Source: Candidatus Bathyarchaeota archaeon (GTDB lineage: Archaea > Thermoproteota > Bathyarchaeia > Bathyarchaeales > Bathycorpusculaceae). From it: DNA of 64,000 nucleotides. Of this stretch, positions 37,756-49,000 are shown one piece after another. Location of the stretch: positions 32,001-96,000 of the forward strand of contig CAWEPZ010000003.1 of assembly GCA_963811105.1 (NCBI GenBank), in the 5' to 3' direction. Within the stretch, counting starts at the first letter, position 1, and the number at the start of each line of letters is the position of its first letter. A program made the translations under genes and the position numbers. The notes beneath the pieces are model-generated. The model did no database searches. It saw only the letters and a program-made list of their open reading frames with translations, and was not told where the DNA came from.

Positions 37756-38466
37756 CTATTCAAGTATTATTCTTGCATCAACTGTTTTTGCGCCCTTATG
37801 GTACGCCATCACCGGATTCAAGTCTAGCTCTTTGATTTCCGGGTTCTCCATGACCAACCGCGAAGTACTGCATAATATGCCGACTAACGCATCGATATCT
37901 GAGGACGGCGTGTTCCTATAACCATTCAGAAGCGGATATGCTTTAAGCTGTGTAATCATCTCTCTTGCATCCTCAGCGGTTAAAGGTGCGATCCTAAAGT
38001 TTACATCTTTGAGGATTTCAACAAAGATGCCGCCTAATCCAAACATTATGGTTTGCCCAAACTGCGGATCCTTGATAGCCCCAACGATTACTTCAGTTGA
38101 CTGTTGCGCCATTTCCTGAACCAAAACACCCACAATTTTTGCCTTACTGTTATATTTTGACACATTTTCTATGATCTTTTTAAAGCCGCGTGCGACTTCA
38201 TCCGAGTTTTCTATGTTAACAATGACGCCTCCAGCGTCAGATTTGTGAATTATGTCTGGAGAAATAATCTTTAGGACTACTGGGTAACCGATTTCATCTG
38301 CGTATTTTACTGCTTCTTTCTCAGTTAACGCTGTTTTGAATTTTGTAACCGGTATGCCGTATTCTGAACAAATGGTTTTGGCTTCTGGTTCCAGAAGGGC
38401 TTTTCTGCCTTCCTTTCTTGCTTGGTTTTTGATTTTTGCGGTTTGGTTCAAGATAGTTAACTCCAT
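37756..38466 (-). CDS. ADP-forming acetate/acyl-CoA ligase beta subunit (ATP-grasp)
   Basis: GYPVVLKI.SPDI.HKSDAGGV, D.QFG...MFGLGG, ELDLNP. Confidence 0.9.
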   Translation of the reverse strand: MELTILNQTAKIKNQARKEGRKALLEPEAKTICSEYGIPVTKFKTALTEKEAVKYADEIGYPVVLKIISPDIIHKSDAGGVIVNIENSDEVARGFKKIIENVSKYNSKAKIVGVLVQEMAQQSTEVIVGAIKDPQFGQTIMFGLGGIFVEILKDVNFRIAPLTAEDAREMITQLKAYPLLNGYRNTPSSDIDALVGILCSTSRLVMENPEIKELDLNPVMAYHKGAKTVDARIILE

Positions 38467-38639
38467 TAGCCCGGTTGGAGTATGAACATGTTTTAAGGGT
38501 TTAAAATCGTTTTGATAAGTTAATGCTCTTTTGCCTATGTTCTGGCTGCTGTCTATGCGATGAACACTTAGTCATTATTGTATAGTAAGACATAATATTT
38601 AATAACCTTTGTGAGATGAAACCTAAATACTGACCATAA

Positions 38640-40415
38640 ATGCCAAAGCTACACCTCAGACAAAAAATCAAAAACTCCACCACGAACTTCCAGCTCAAAA
38701 CCAGTGCATTCAAAGCAAGATTCACACAAAAAATCAAAAACTCCACCACGAACTTCCAGCTCAAAACCAGTGCATTCAAAGCAAGATTCAAAAGAACAAG
38801 AAACAAAAGAAACAGTTCAAAAATAAAATTCAAGTTTCCAAAAATAAATTTTAGACCAAAAAAGAAAATATCTGAGCCAGAACTCTCTGAAGTTGTCAAG
38901 TCTCTCCCAAAAGATGTCAAGATAGTTGACAAATACCCACTCTACGAGCCTTTTGCTCAAGTTGTAATCATTCAAGACCCTAAAACCGGCGAATACAAAT
39001 ACATTTTAGACGAGTTGCAGCTTGACCCCATGGAACGAGGCATATATAAACGCATCCTGGAAATATTACTTGCAGAAATTGAGTCACCAAAAGAAGAAAT
39101 AAACGACCCGAGAAAATTCTTCGCCGAAGCGGCCAAAAAAATAGTGGACAAATATCGCATCAGCCTAGGATGGTTACCGGACGTTTCATGGTACAAAATC
39201 CTCTACCATGCTGAACGTGACTTGGTAGGCTTTGGCAAAATTGACTCTTTAATGCGTGATCCAAACATTGAAGACATTTCTTGCGACGGTGTGAAAAAAT
39301 CAGTTTACATTTGGCACCGAACATTCGAAAGCATCGAGACTAACGTGCAATTTGAAAGCGATGAAGTCCTTGATAATATGGTTGTTAAACTTGTTCATAT
39401 GGCTGGAAAGCATGTCAGCTCGGCCTTCCCAATAGTTGACGCTTCCTTACCAGGCAAACACCGCTTGGCCGTTTGTTACAGGCGCGAAATCACACCCTTC
39501 GGAACAGCATTCACGATACGCAAGTTTCGAGATGACCCATACTCTATCATTGATCTCATAAATATCGGCACCTTCACTGAAGAAATGGCTGCCTATCTCT
39601 GGATTTGCCTTGAAAACCGCGCTTCAGTAATGGTTCTCGGCGGGACAGCAGCAGGCAAAACAACTGCACTGAACGCTCTTGGTTGCTTGATTAAACCAGG
39701 CAGCAAAATTATGACCATTGAAGAAACCGCAGAATTGAATTTATCCCATGAAAACTGGGTTTCACTAATCTCGAGGCAAAGCTATGGTTTGGGCGGCAGC
39801 AGTGTGGGAGAGGTCGCACTCTTTGACTTAGTGAAGACCTGCATGAGACATCGCCCCGACTTGATGATTGTAGGCGAAGTACGAGGTCAAGAAGCATACG
39901 TTCTGTTCCAGGCGCTAGCGACAGGTCACGGTGGAATGTGCACCATGCATGCTGAAAACGTTCAATCAGCCGTTAGACGTTTAACTCAGAAACCTATGGA
40001 CATTTCGCCATCGTACATTCCTCTTATGAATATAGTAATATCAGTGCAACGTGTTCACCTAGTGAAGAACGGCGAAAAGAAAGCTTATCGCCGAGTTCTT
40101 TCAGTAAACGAAATTATTGACTTCGAAAAATATGTGAACCCTTTCAAATGGGACCCTATTAGAGACGAGCAAGCCATAGATTTAGAAAGCAGCTTCCTGC
40201 TCAGCAACTTTTCAGAGCGCCTTGGGATAACACGTGAACAATTAATCGCAGAGATGAATCGGCGAACAGACGTGCTACGTTGGATGCGTAAAGGCAACAT
40301 ACGAAGCTACAAAGAAGTTGCTTCAATAATTGCAGAATACTACGCTAGACCAAAAGAATTCTATCAGAAAATGATGGACAGTGAGGAGAAAAAGCCAGTT
40401 GCCGCTTCTAGATAG
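38640..40415 (+). CDS. Type IV pilus / type II secretion assembly ATPase (FlaI/TadA-like)
   Basis: DP.IEDISCDG, FTIRKF, GGTAAGKTT, IEETAEL, RHRPD...VGEVRG.EA, TGHGG..T.HA. Confidence 0.93.
   Translation: MPKLHLRQKIKNSTTNFQLKTSAFKARFTQKIKNSTTNFQLKTSAFKARFKRTRNKRNSSKIKFKFPKINFRPKKKISEPELSEVVKSLPKDVKIVDKYPLYEPFAQVVIIQDPKTGEYKYILDELQLDPMERGIYKRILEILLAEIESPKEEINDPRKFFAEAAKKIVDKYRISLGWLPDVSWYKILYHAERDLVGFGKIDSLMRDPNIEDISCDGVKKSVYIWHRTFESIETNVQFESDEVLDNMVVKLVHMAGKHVSSAFPIVDASLPGKHRLAVCYRREITPFGTAFTIRKFRDDPYSIIDLINIGTFTEEMAAYLWICLENRASVMVLGGTAAGKTTALNALGCLIKPGSKIMTIEETAELNLSHENWVSLISRQSYGLGGSSVGEVALFDLVKTCMRHRPDLMIVGEVRGQEAYVLFQALATGHGGMCTMHAENVQSAVRRLTQKPMDISPSYIPLMNIVISVQRVHLVKNGEKKAYRRVLSVNEIIDFEKYVNPFKWDPIRDEQAIDLESSFLLSNFSERLGITREQLIAEMNRRTDVLRWMRKGNIRSYKEVASIIAEYYARPKEFYQKMMDSEEKKPVAASR
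38660..38790 (+). repeat. Tandem 66-bp duplication (65 bp identical) in the ATPase N-terminus
   Basis: 38660-38724 equals 38726-38790; encodes QKIKNSTTNFQLKTSAFKARF twice. Confidence 0.95.
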
Positions 40416-42120
40416 ATTTGAAGCTTTGTCGTTTCGGCTCTTCGGTCGTTTCGCTCCTTACGTCCTAAAAAATATTTTTCCACAGATCAAGGGGACTCTT
40501 GAAAAGGGTCGGGTGAGGATTTACTCTGAAACCTACATTTCTTTAATGCTTCTTTCTGCCATGTTGACCCTTCCAATTTCAGTAATCGGGGCAGTCCTTG
40601 CTTTAGTGACTGGGTTTTTGCCTCTTTTAATCTTAATTCCAATTCCACTCTTTGTTATCGGCGGTTTTCTAGTTGTGCCGATGAACAATGCAAGTGACAG
40701 ATCCTCAAATTTGGAACGAGAAATGCCTTTCGCGGCTGCATACATCAGCGTCATGTCGTCGGGAGGCATCGCACCCTACTCCAGCTTCAAACGTCTAACT
40801 CAAGTAGATCTCATGCCCGCAATGAGCAAAGAAGCAAGAGATATAATAAAAGACGTAGAAATCTTCGGAGTTGACCCGCTCTCCGCCCTTGATTTGGCTT
40901 CAAGAAAGACTCCTCTTGACATATTCAAAGATTTCTTGGGCGGGTACGCTTCTACTGTCATCATAGGCGGCGACATTGGGCACTACCTTGAACGTAAAGC
41001 AGAAGACATATTTAGAATTCGAGCACTACGCGTTAAAGCTGCTGCTGAACGCTTAGGTATGTTGCTGGAAACTTTCATCATAGTCATGGTCATGATGTCC
41101 CTTTGCTTTTATATCCTGTTCGCGGTAAACGGCATTCAAAGCGGAGCCAATGCGAGCGCAGACATATCCCAGTACTCTGGTATACTTTTGTACACCTATA
41201 TTTTCACGCCAATGCTATCGATGCTCTTCATCTACTTAGCCCATAGTATGCAGCCTAAAACACCTCTGGTGGACATGCGTCCTTACAAAGTCTTCGGCCT
41301 CTCTAGCACTATAGGCATAATTGTATTCCTACTGCTAACCAACTTCATGGGAACAACCCAACTGCCTCTATTTTCCACCTTGCAATCTATAGGCGTTGAC
41401 TTGCCAATGGCCTTGGCTGTGGCACTGTTCATTTCCGCCGCGCCAGCAGCCATTGTACACATGAGATTGTCAAAAGCCAGGGAAAGCATGGAACAGGGCG
41501 TTTCAAATTTCCTTCGGGACCTTACTGAAGTACGAAAGACTGGGTTGTCACCTGAAAAATGTATCGAAAGCTTATCCAAGCGTGACTATGGCACATTCAG
41601 TAGGCAACTGCGAAAAATTAGCTCTGAAATTTCATGGGGTATCCCGATTAAAAAGGTCATGGGGGATTTTCTGCATCGTACTCGCAGTTGGATGGTTCAA
41701 ATCGTCATGTTCCTTCTGGTTGAAACCATCGATGTAGGAGGCGGAACAATTGCCATGATAGAATCTTTGGCACGTTTCAACAATCTAACTCAGGAAGTTG
41801 AGAAAGAAAAGAAAATGTCCGTTCGTCCCTATGTGTTTATGCCCTATTTAGCTTCGATCCTGCTCGTTGCGACCACTATTATGATGATGGGTTTGACTAC
41901 AGGGATAACTGTGCCTGGAGTAGATGCAGTGGCAAAAGACAACAGCCTGATGCAAACAGTTTTCATGTCCTCAGTCATATTCAACAGCTTCCTAATCGGA
42001 ATAGTTGCAGGAAAAATTAGCGAAGAGTCAATTGGAGCAGGTTTCAAGCATGCAGCCATCCTTGTGCTAATCTCAATAATAGCCGCCAAAATAATTCCGC
42101 AATTCGTGAAACTCGGATAG
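40381..42120 (+). CDS. Type II secretion system F / TadC-FlaJ-like membrane platform protein
   Basis: Two T2SSF domains (E.PFAAAY..V....G; FLRDL.E..KTG.SP; ETIDVGGG) and many TM helices. Confidence 0.9.
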   Translation: MRRKSQLPLLDRFEALSFRLFGRFAPYVLKNIFPQIKGTLEKGRVRIYSETYISLMLLSAMLTLPISVIGAVLALVTGFLPLLILIPIPLFVIGGFLVVPMNNASDRSSNLEREMPFAAAYISVMSSGGIAPYSSFKRLTQVDLMPAMSKEARDIIKDVEIFGVDPLSALDLASRKTPLDIFKDFLGGYASTVIIGGDIGHYLERKAEDIFRIRALRVKAAAERLGMLLETFIIVMVMMSLCFYILFAVNGIQSGANASADISQYSGILLYTYIFTPMLSMLFIYLAHSMQPKTPLVDMRPYKVFGLSSTIGIIVFLLLTNFMGTTQLPLFSTLQSIGVDLPMALAVALFISAAPAAIVHMRLSKARESMEQGVSNFLRDLTEVRKTGLSPEKCIESLSKRDYGTFSRQLRKISSEISWGIPIKKVMGDFLHRTRSWMVQIVMFLLVETIDVGGGTIAMIESLARFNNLTQEVEKEKKMSVRPYVFMPYLASILLVATTIMMMGLTTGITVPGVDAVAKDNSLMQTVFMSSVIFNSFLIGIVAGKISEESIGAGFKHAAILVLISIIAAKIIPQFVKLG

Positions 42121-42126
42121 GAGACG

Positions 42127-42993
42127 ATGAAGACGCGAAATAATCACACAAGTTTACGCAGAGATAAGCGTGCGGTTAGCCCAGCAATCTCCACTGTCGT
42201 TTTGACCGCCGCCGGAATAGTGATGATTCTGATAGCGATGACCTACGCAAACAACATCCTGAGCTTAAAGATGGCTCAAAACGAATACAGCACAAACAAA
42301 CAATTCATGCAGACAACTGCGCAGCAGATTGATGATATTGCTTGGACAGTTGGCCGTACACAAACAGTCAGTTTTTCAAACAGGTATGGAAATGTGCAGT
42401 TCCAAGCTGTGGCTCTCAACTATACTTTCCGAATTCACACAATTTCAGGATGGGAAAACTTAACTTTATCTGGAAAAACAGGAATTGTCCTCTACAACAT
42501 GCCCGTAGGCTCATATTCCCTTGGCAACAATTACTTTGAACGCCTCCCCTCCAATGTAACTAGTTCATTTCTGCTGTCTGGTTCAACAGCGCCCATAACC
42601 CAAGTTCTATGCGAACAAAAAGTACCTATGATCGATGGTACTTACAGTCGAATCGCTCTAGTGCCTAACATGAGAGTGCTAACCTCAACAGTAACATCAA
42701 CGAATTACTTCAAATTCTATTTAGCTGATCTTGAAAACGGCAAGAATCTCTACAGATCCCAATCCATTACTCTAACAGGAAACGGTATAACAAAAGTAAC
42801 CCGAAGTGGTGTTGACCAAGTAATCATTGATGTTAGTTTTCCAAAAGCAGCGTCACTTGGATTTGACTCATCATTTTTCAATTTCAACAGTACGAGTATA
42901 ACTCTCAATGCCTCTTCGACTCCTAGGTTGCCTTCTAATTCGGTTGTTGAATTCTATGTTGGAAAAGTGGTAGTTGTAATCGGACAGGTGTAG
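42127..42993 (+). CDS. Type IV pilin-like protein
   Basis: Class III signal peptide RRDKRA/VSPAISTVVL. Confidence 0.8.
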   Translation: MKTRNNHTSLRRDKRAVSPAISTVVLTAAGIVMILIAMTYANNILSLKMAQNEYSTNKQFMQTTAQQIDDIAWTVGRTQTVSFSNRYGNVQFQAVALNYTFRIHTISGWENLTLSGKTGIVLYNMPVGSYSLGNNYFERLPSNVTSSFLLSGSTAPITQVLCEQKVPMIDGTYSRIALVPNMRVLTSTVTSTNYFKFYLADLENGKNLYRSQSITLTGNGITKVTRSGVDQVIIDVSFPKAASLGFDSSFFNFNSTSITLNASSTPRLPSNSVVEFYVGKVVVVIGQV

Positions 42994-43010
42994 CTCGTGG
43001 AGGATGAAAA

Positions 43011-43487
43011 TTGGTGCATATAACCATTGAATATATGATTATGATACCTGTCTTAATCATGCAGATTTTTCTTTTTCCGTTAGCTGCCTCAGTAATCATG
43101 AACACTTGGGTAGATTCTAATATGACTATACAACTGCAAACAACATCGGGGCACATGGGAAGTTACATTCAGCAACTATACTACACCATGAATCATGGGG
43201 CAATCTCAGACGGTTCCATGAAAATCGCCCTAGATGTTCCACCGATAATAAACGGACGCGCCTACACAACTACTCTGAGTCATGTAACGCATCTGGATAC
43301 GTCCTACCAGATTATGAACGTCACGCTCAAAATAATAGGAACCAAAGTCCAAACTTCAACCTTAGTAACACTAGGGCAAAACGTGGATTGGCACGAAAAC
43401 TTGGCTTTCAATAGTACTTCCCATAATCTTAGCTTAATCGCCACCAAGACCGCGAATTCCATTTTTATATCCTATGGAGGAAATTAA
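43011..43487 (+). CDS. Minor pilin-like protein
   Basis: N-terminal ITIEYMIMIPVLI hydrophobic pilin-type helix. Confidence 0.65.
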   Translation: MVHITIEYMIMIPVLIMQIFLFPLAASVIMNTWVDSNMTIQLQTTSGHMGSYIQQLYYTMNHGAISDGSMKIALDVPPIINGRAYTTTLSHVTHLDTSYQIMNVTLKIIGTKVQTSTLVTLGQNVDWHENLAFNSTSHNLSLIATKTANSIFISYGGN

Positions 43488-44727
43488 CACGGCAAGCGCG
43501 GCAGTAGATCACATGATTTCCCTAACAATATTTATGGCTGCTATCTTGATTTTTATCGGGCTCTTTAGCCAAACAATGCAGACAGGCATTACTTATGAGC
43601 TCCACACGGCACTGTCAACGAAAACAAGCGATCTCCTAGACACAATTTTGCTAAATCCAGGGTTACCGGTCAATTGGTCACAAAGTGATTATGCAATTAT
43701 GGGTTTCGGATTGCAGAATCCAGATTTCAGCCAATATAAGTTGAGTTCACTTTCCCCAATGCGGTTAACTTCTTCCACTCAATCGCCTGTTTATTATCCT
43801 CGGACAGGTGCATATTATAGCAACAATAGTGCAGGGCTTGGAAGCTGCTTACTTGCTCAATCGGCTAAGAGCATTAATTATTCTACTGTATCTAAGCTAC
43901 TGGGAATAAACGGCACCTATGGATTCCAATTTATCCTATCGCCCACAATAACGGTTTCAATCGAGAAAACATCAACAGGAGCACCGTTGAAACTTTCGGT
44001 TAACGCTGCAGGAACTGGTTACCCACTTGCAAACGCACCCCTAAGTTACAGCCTCATATTAGTGAAACAAGACGCAAACAACTATCCTTCCTATTCAACG
44101 ATTAACGGAGCCGCTGCCACTGACCCAGCAGGCTTTGCGCAACTGAACTTCCCAGGAATTGACGGTGAAAGCCAAACTTATGGGTTAATAGTTTACTCCT
44201 ACCTAAGCGGTCTAAAGGGCATGGGTTACTACGTCCATGAACTGCCTTCTTTTACTAAAACTGTGGTTCCGTTAATCGACAGCTTCCAGAACAGAACCAT
44301 AACGATCGCTCATGGCGATTCTGTTGGTCAACCTCCACAAGCTCCTTCATATTCACTATTAAGCTATAATGCATCTTTTGTTCTTCTAACCGAAGAATAT
44401 ACCTTTCGCCAAGTCGCTTTAGATCAGACCGGTGCAGTTGGAAAAGTATTCTATGATTCAAGCAGCGGACAAAACTACTCTTCGATAAACCTGCCCAACA
44501 ATGACGGAATATTAATTGTAACCTACAAGGGCGCGTCTTCAGGTCAGTATGGACTTGTTTTGGTGCCTTGGGGCCTGAGTTCACTGGGGATCCCGTTAAC
44601 TTTCGGTGGCAACCCAACAGGGCAAGACTGGGTAACAACCGACATACGCCAAGTAACCGTCGGCGGCTTATCTTACCAAGCAAAGCTCGAACTGTGGAAT
44701 CTGCAAGGATATCAAGGAGGTCGTTAA
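43474..44727 (+). CDS. Pilin-like / pilus-associated protein
   Basis: N-terminal AVDHMISLTIF helix; L..PG.P.NW......GL motif seen in archaeal pilus accessory proteins. Confidence 0.65.
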   Translation: MEEINTASAAVDHMISLTIFMAAILIFIGLFSQTMQTGITYELHTALSTKTSDLLDTILLNPGLPVNWSQSDYAIMGFGLQNPDFSQYKLSSLSPMRLTSSTQSPVYYPRTGAYYSNNSAGLGSCLLAQSAKSINYSTVSKLLGINGTYGFQFILSPTITVSIEKTSTGAPLKLSVNAAGTGYPLANAPLSYSLILVKQDANNYPSYSTINGAAATDPAGFAQLNFPGIDGESQTYGLIVYSYLSGLKGMGYYVHELPSFTKTVVPLIDSFQNRTITIAHGDSVGQPPQAPSYSLLSYNASFVLLTEEYTFRQVALDQTGAVGKVFYDSSSGQNYSSINLPNNDGILIVTYKGASSGQYGLVLVPWGLSSLGIPLTFGGNPTGQDWVTTDIRQVTVGGLSYQAKLELWNLQGYQGGR

Positions 44728-46038
44728 ATGATTCGCACAATCGAAGTCCTGTTCGTAATAATAATTCTCTCCGGCGCCTTCGTTGCAGTCTCATACTTTA
44801 CTGTGTTGCCGCCGCCAAGAGAAGTTTCACCCATAAACCTCAGGCGCCTCTCCTTCACGACCTTGCAGACACTTGATTCAAGCTATGACCTAAGCCGAGC
44901 TGCCTTTGACACAGATAACTCAACGGCTTGGAGTGGACTACAAGTTGCACTTTCAGCTTCTCTGCCTCCAGAAGTTGTATACAATCTAACGGTTTATGAC
45001 GTGAACGACGCAGAAGGGCAACTCTACAATTACGTAAATTCAATTTCCAACACTCTAAGCTTGGGCACAACTAGCGACGCATCAACGTATGCGGTGGCAT
45101 CTTCAAACGTGACTTTTAACGTTACACCCCAAAAAATTGGGGAAAGCGGCAACGGTGGAACACTATATATTTTAAATTGCAGTGACTCAAACGGCTGGTG
45201 GATTACCGGCTACACAGCGCAAAGCTTAGCCCAAGACCTGTACAATCTATTATCACCATATTTTGTTAAAACAGTAATGGTGCAGAATACCGCTCAGCTT
45301 GCGCAGATTCTGAATGGGACGCCTTTGCAAGGAGAGAGCGTTCAAAACGCAGTCGTCATCAATACCTACGGCGAAGCCGTACCGATACCTACTTCCTATT
45401 GCCAGGCGCCATATTCAAACGATGCTTACGCACAATACAGCTTCTTCTTGGGGCAACGCGTGAACGTGTACAATTGGACTTGGGCAAGCATCGTAGGTTA
45501 CCCGTTCTATTACGTAAGCAATACAGTGTCCTTTTCAAACGGGCAAAATACTTGGGGCATCTATGGAATGCAAAAGACGGGTCCAGGTGGCGCAAGAGCG
45601 TTTCTTCAAGGTTTAGATAGGCAAACATACCATACAGATGCCACCAACGTTACTGATAGTAACGATAAACAAACTTCTCTTAGCCCAATAGCTCTGGCTG
45701 CGTGCAACTATTATGGTATTTATCCTTCTGCTTACCAAACTGCTACAAGAGCCCTTGGAAATACAATCCCACAAAGCTACAACCTTACGATTGGATTAAA
45801 TGTTTTCAATTCCGTCGGAAACTATAATCCTGGCACAATTTACAATCATAAAGCAACGGGTTCAACCAACATTACTGGTTCTCTTTTGGCTTTAGGATTA
45901 ACTCGAACTCCCGACGTTCGTGTAACAGGCTTGAGTCTTCTGTCGTATTTTCAGCCTAGACTCTACGCTTCCGAATACACTACAAAAGGAACCTCGAGAA
46001 TAGTAATTTTACAATTAGGTTTGGTGGGGAGTGGATAA
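44728..46038 (+). CDS. Pilin-like / pilus-associated protein
   Basis: N-terminal IRTIEVLFVIIIL helix; operon context. Confidence 0.65.
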   Translation: MIRTIEVLFVIIILSGAFVAVSYFTVLPPPREVSPINLRRLSFTTLQTLDSSYDLSRAAFDTDNSTAWSGLQVALSASLPPEVVYNLTVYDVNDAEGQLYNYVNSISNTLSLGTTSDASTYAVASSNVTFNVTPQKIGESGNGGTLYILNCSDSNGWWITGYTAQSLAQDLYNLLSPYFVKTVMVQNTAQLAQILNGTPLQGESVQNAVVINTYGEAVPIPTSYCQAPYSNDAYAQYSFFLGQRVNVYNWTWASIVGYPFYYVSNTVSFSNGQNTWGIYGMQKTGPGGARAFLQGLDRQTYHTDATNVTDSNDKQTSLSPIALAACNYYGIYPSAYQTATRALGNTIPQSYNLTIGLNVFNSVGNYNPGTIYNHKATGSTNITGSLLALGLTRTPDVRVTGLSLLSYFQPRLYASEYTTKGTSRIVILQLGLVGSG

Positions 46039-49000
46039 ATGAATAATAAAGGTCAGTTTTCAATCATAGCTGCTTTGCTTGTGGCAGTGGTTTTGATAGC
46101 TTCTGTCATGACGACTTATTCTGCAATTCGTTACAGTCCAGCTCAGGGGCAACCTCAAATTCTAAGTGCAGTAGATGAAACCAACCAGGCTCTGAAGCAG
46201 CTTTTAGGTTTCTCTGTTGGCTATTATGCGTCAGTTTTAAGAGTTACTGGAAACGTGACTTACGCTCAACAATTAGCTTCAACTTATCTAAACAGTGGGT
46301 TAACGAATGCGGGCTCTATTAAACCAGAATGGGGCTTATCGTTGAATGCTACTGATTTGAAACTTAAGGCCAACTGGTTTTCCAATGATAGTTACAGTCA
46401 GGGCACGATGCAAGTTACTTATGATTTGAACGGCTTAGGCATTACGGGCATAAGCTACAATGCTTCAACACGATTAGAAGTACAGGTATCAAACGCTAGC
46501 TCACCAACACAAGCACAGTTTAGAATATTAACTGATAACAATGAACCGCTAATCAACCTTGGAACTAATAATATAAAGTTTTATCGTTATGCTTATGATA
46601 ATTTAACTTGGGATTTTTCGGTTCCAACCAACATAATTTCCCATGGAGACGGAACCTATACAGTTGATCTCCCCTCGGGAGTATCTTGCAACTCCTACGT
46701 GGTTCAAGTGGAAGATACACGTGGGCTCTCTGTTCTGGCATCTTCATTTAGCGAATTTACTTCGGCAATCGCTTGGAACTCAACTGCTTTCAGAACCGAC
46801 TTAGATTACGTCGACAGAGCTAATTTGGACGTTTTGGGGACTCACAGTAATTTCACTGCCCAACAAAACGGGCCCGACAGCGGCTATGACACTTTGACTG
46901 AAGCAGCCTCAGGAACCATACTTGTGCCAAGTTACCCAACATATTACGCGACTTCAGGATCAACCACATTAGCGAATGGAACATTAAGCGAATTGCAGGT
47001 TAACAACGGAATCTACATGAGTTTCCACTCTTATCCCTCCTCTTTTTCAGGATCAAACACTACATTCGGATATGCAAGCATTGGAGTAAATACCCAAAGT
47101 ATTGAAAATAACATAAGAGGTTCATTCTTCACTATTCCAGATTTTGGTCAAGTTCAAACACTATCTGTATATTTAGAATTGTCAGGTGCCTCAAACCGAA
47201 AAATTAAAACTGCTATTTACTCGGAAGCTCACGATTTTATAGCTGGATCCGAAGAAAAAACTATTTCGTCAACTGGCTGGTACAATTTTAGTTTTGCTGA
47301 TCCTAAGCCCATATTGAATGCGAATACAAATTATGTTCTGGTAGCTTGGGCTGATTCTTCGTCTGGAACCGTTTCCATACGTTATGATGCTGGTTCAAGT
47401 AATCAGGGTCATCGGTCAAATCAAGCTTATGCTGGTTGGCCTGTTTCCGGAGGTTTTAATCATGACAATAATATGTACAGTATTTATTGCACTTACACTC
47501 CAACCAACCAATTCACTGCGCAGATTGAACTAAATGGAAATTCAACTATAGCTTTCCCTTGGAACGACCTTGTTTGGACAATAGATAGTTCTGCATCACA
47601 GAGCAGCGTAGCCTCAACTTTCCAACTTTTCAACTATGCGACAGGGCAATACTCCACCAGCGGAGACGGATACATGACTAATACCATAGGACCTGGCGAT
47701 TTAATAAAACCCCAGACAATAATAACAAGCCCAGCTAGCTATCTAAACAGCAGCGGATACTGGAAAATCAATATTACTGCTGTTAAGTCAACTTCAAGCC
47801 CATTTGACCTAAACTTGGATTTAGTACAGTACAGTCCAGATGTAACTAATTATGCACTAAATCTTCAAGAGCAATGGTTAAACGTAAACGCCACCAACGT
47901 TCGCCAGGATTTATGCATCAAAACAGGCACCATGGGAGCGGAGCCATTGTTGGTGCAGGTCTTGCACAGTGGCAACTGGATGACGCTCATGACGCTTGTA
48001 CCCAATTACTTTAACAACGCTTCCTTAATTCCATACATTGATTCAACAAACCTAACCATCCGCTTCGTAGGAAGTAATGACGGAGCCGACCCTATTCCAG
48101 ACACCTGGAACATTGACTCTATTTATTTACAAGATGAGCCAGATATCAGTTTCCTGCTTAATATCCAACAATCCACATTCACCCTTGAACTCCTACAGAA
48201 CGGCACTATGCGTTGGCTCGGCCAAAACATGCAGTTAACCACTCAAACATTGCCAATTCCGCCCATCCCAGTAAAAGATATCCACCTTAACCAAACCATA
48301 AACGGCGTAAACCAGGAAGTTCCTTTCCAAATTGAAGACTGGGCATCCAACTACCAAATACCCTTAGGCTTAACGAGTAACTCCACGGTTTTTGGAAACC
48401 GTCAAATGATTGTTTTCCTGTTAAGCAGCAAAGTTAGTGACTTCACGGTTTGGTGGAATGGAAGCGATGTAGCAACCCAGACGCCTTTGGCATTCATCAA
48501 CAAGTATTTCACCAATGATAACACCAACACCCAAACTCTTACGAATGGCTACGTTACTCTTCTGTTCGGTAGCTTTAACGTTAAATCAACTGTGGCTGGA
48601 ACTGGGACATTTAGCACCGCGACTTTCATGCGAATAAACCAGCAGACAAGCACCTACGGCGCCGGATTAGCATATGTAATTCATCATGGGGTAGTAAGAG
48701 ATGTTGTACAGCAAGAAGCAGAATGGAACAATGGACCTACAGGTTGCCCCAACCTCTATGCGAACATTGTTTTAACGTTACCTGCGAACGCGACATACTA
48801 CACTTACCAGCTAAGAATAATGTTCATCAATTCAACCCAAGCACGTTCCATCACAGACTTATCCCCAATCCAGTTAACAACTTCGGTAAGTACACAACAA
48901 TTACAAACAGAAAATGGCACCCTCGCTGGTTTTCCAATAGTCCAGAATGGCACGGGAACATTCCTTAACGCTACAAGCGGCAGCTGGACGGCGCATCACT

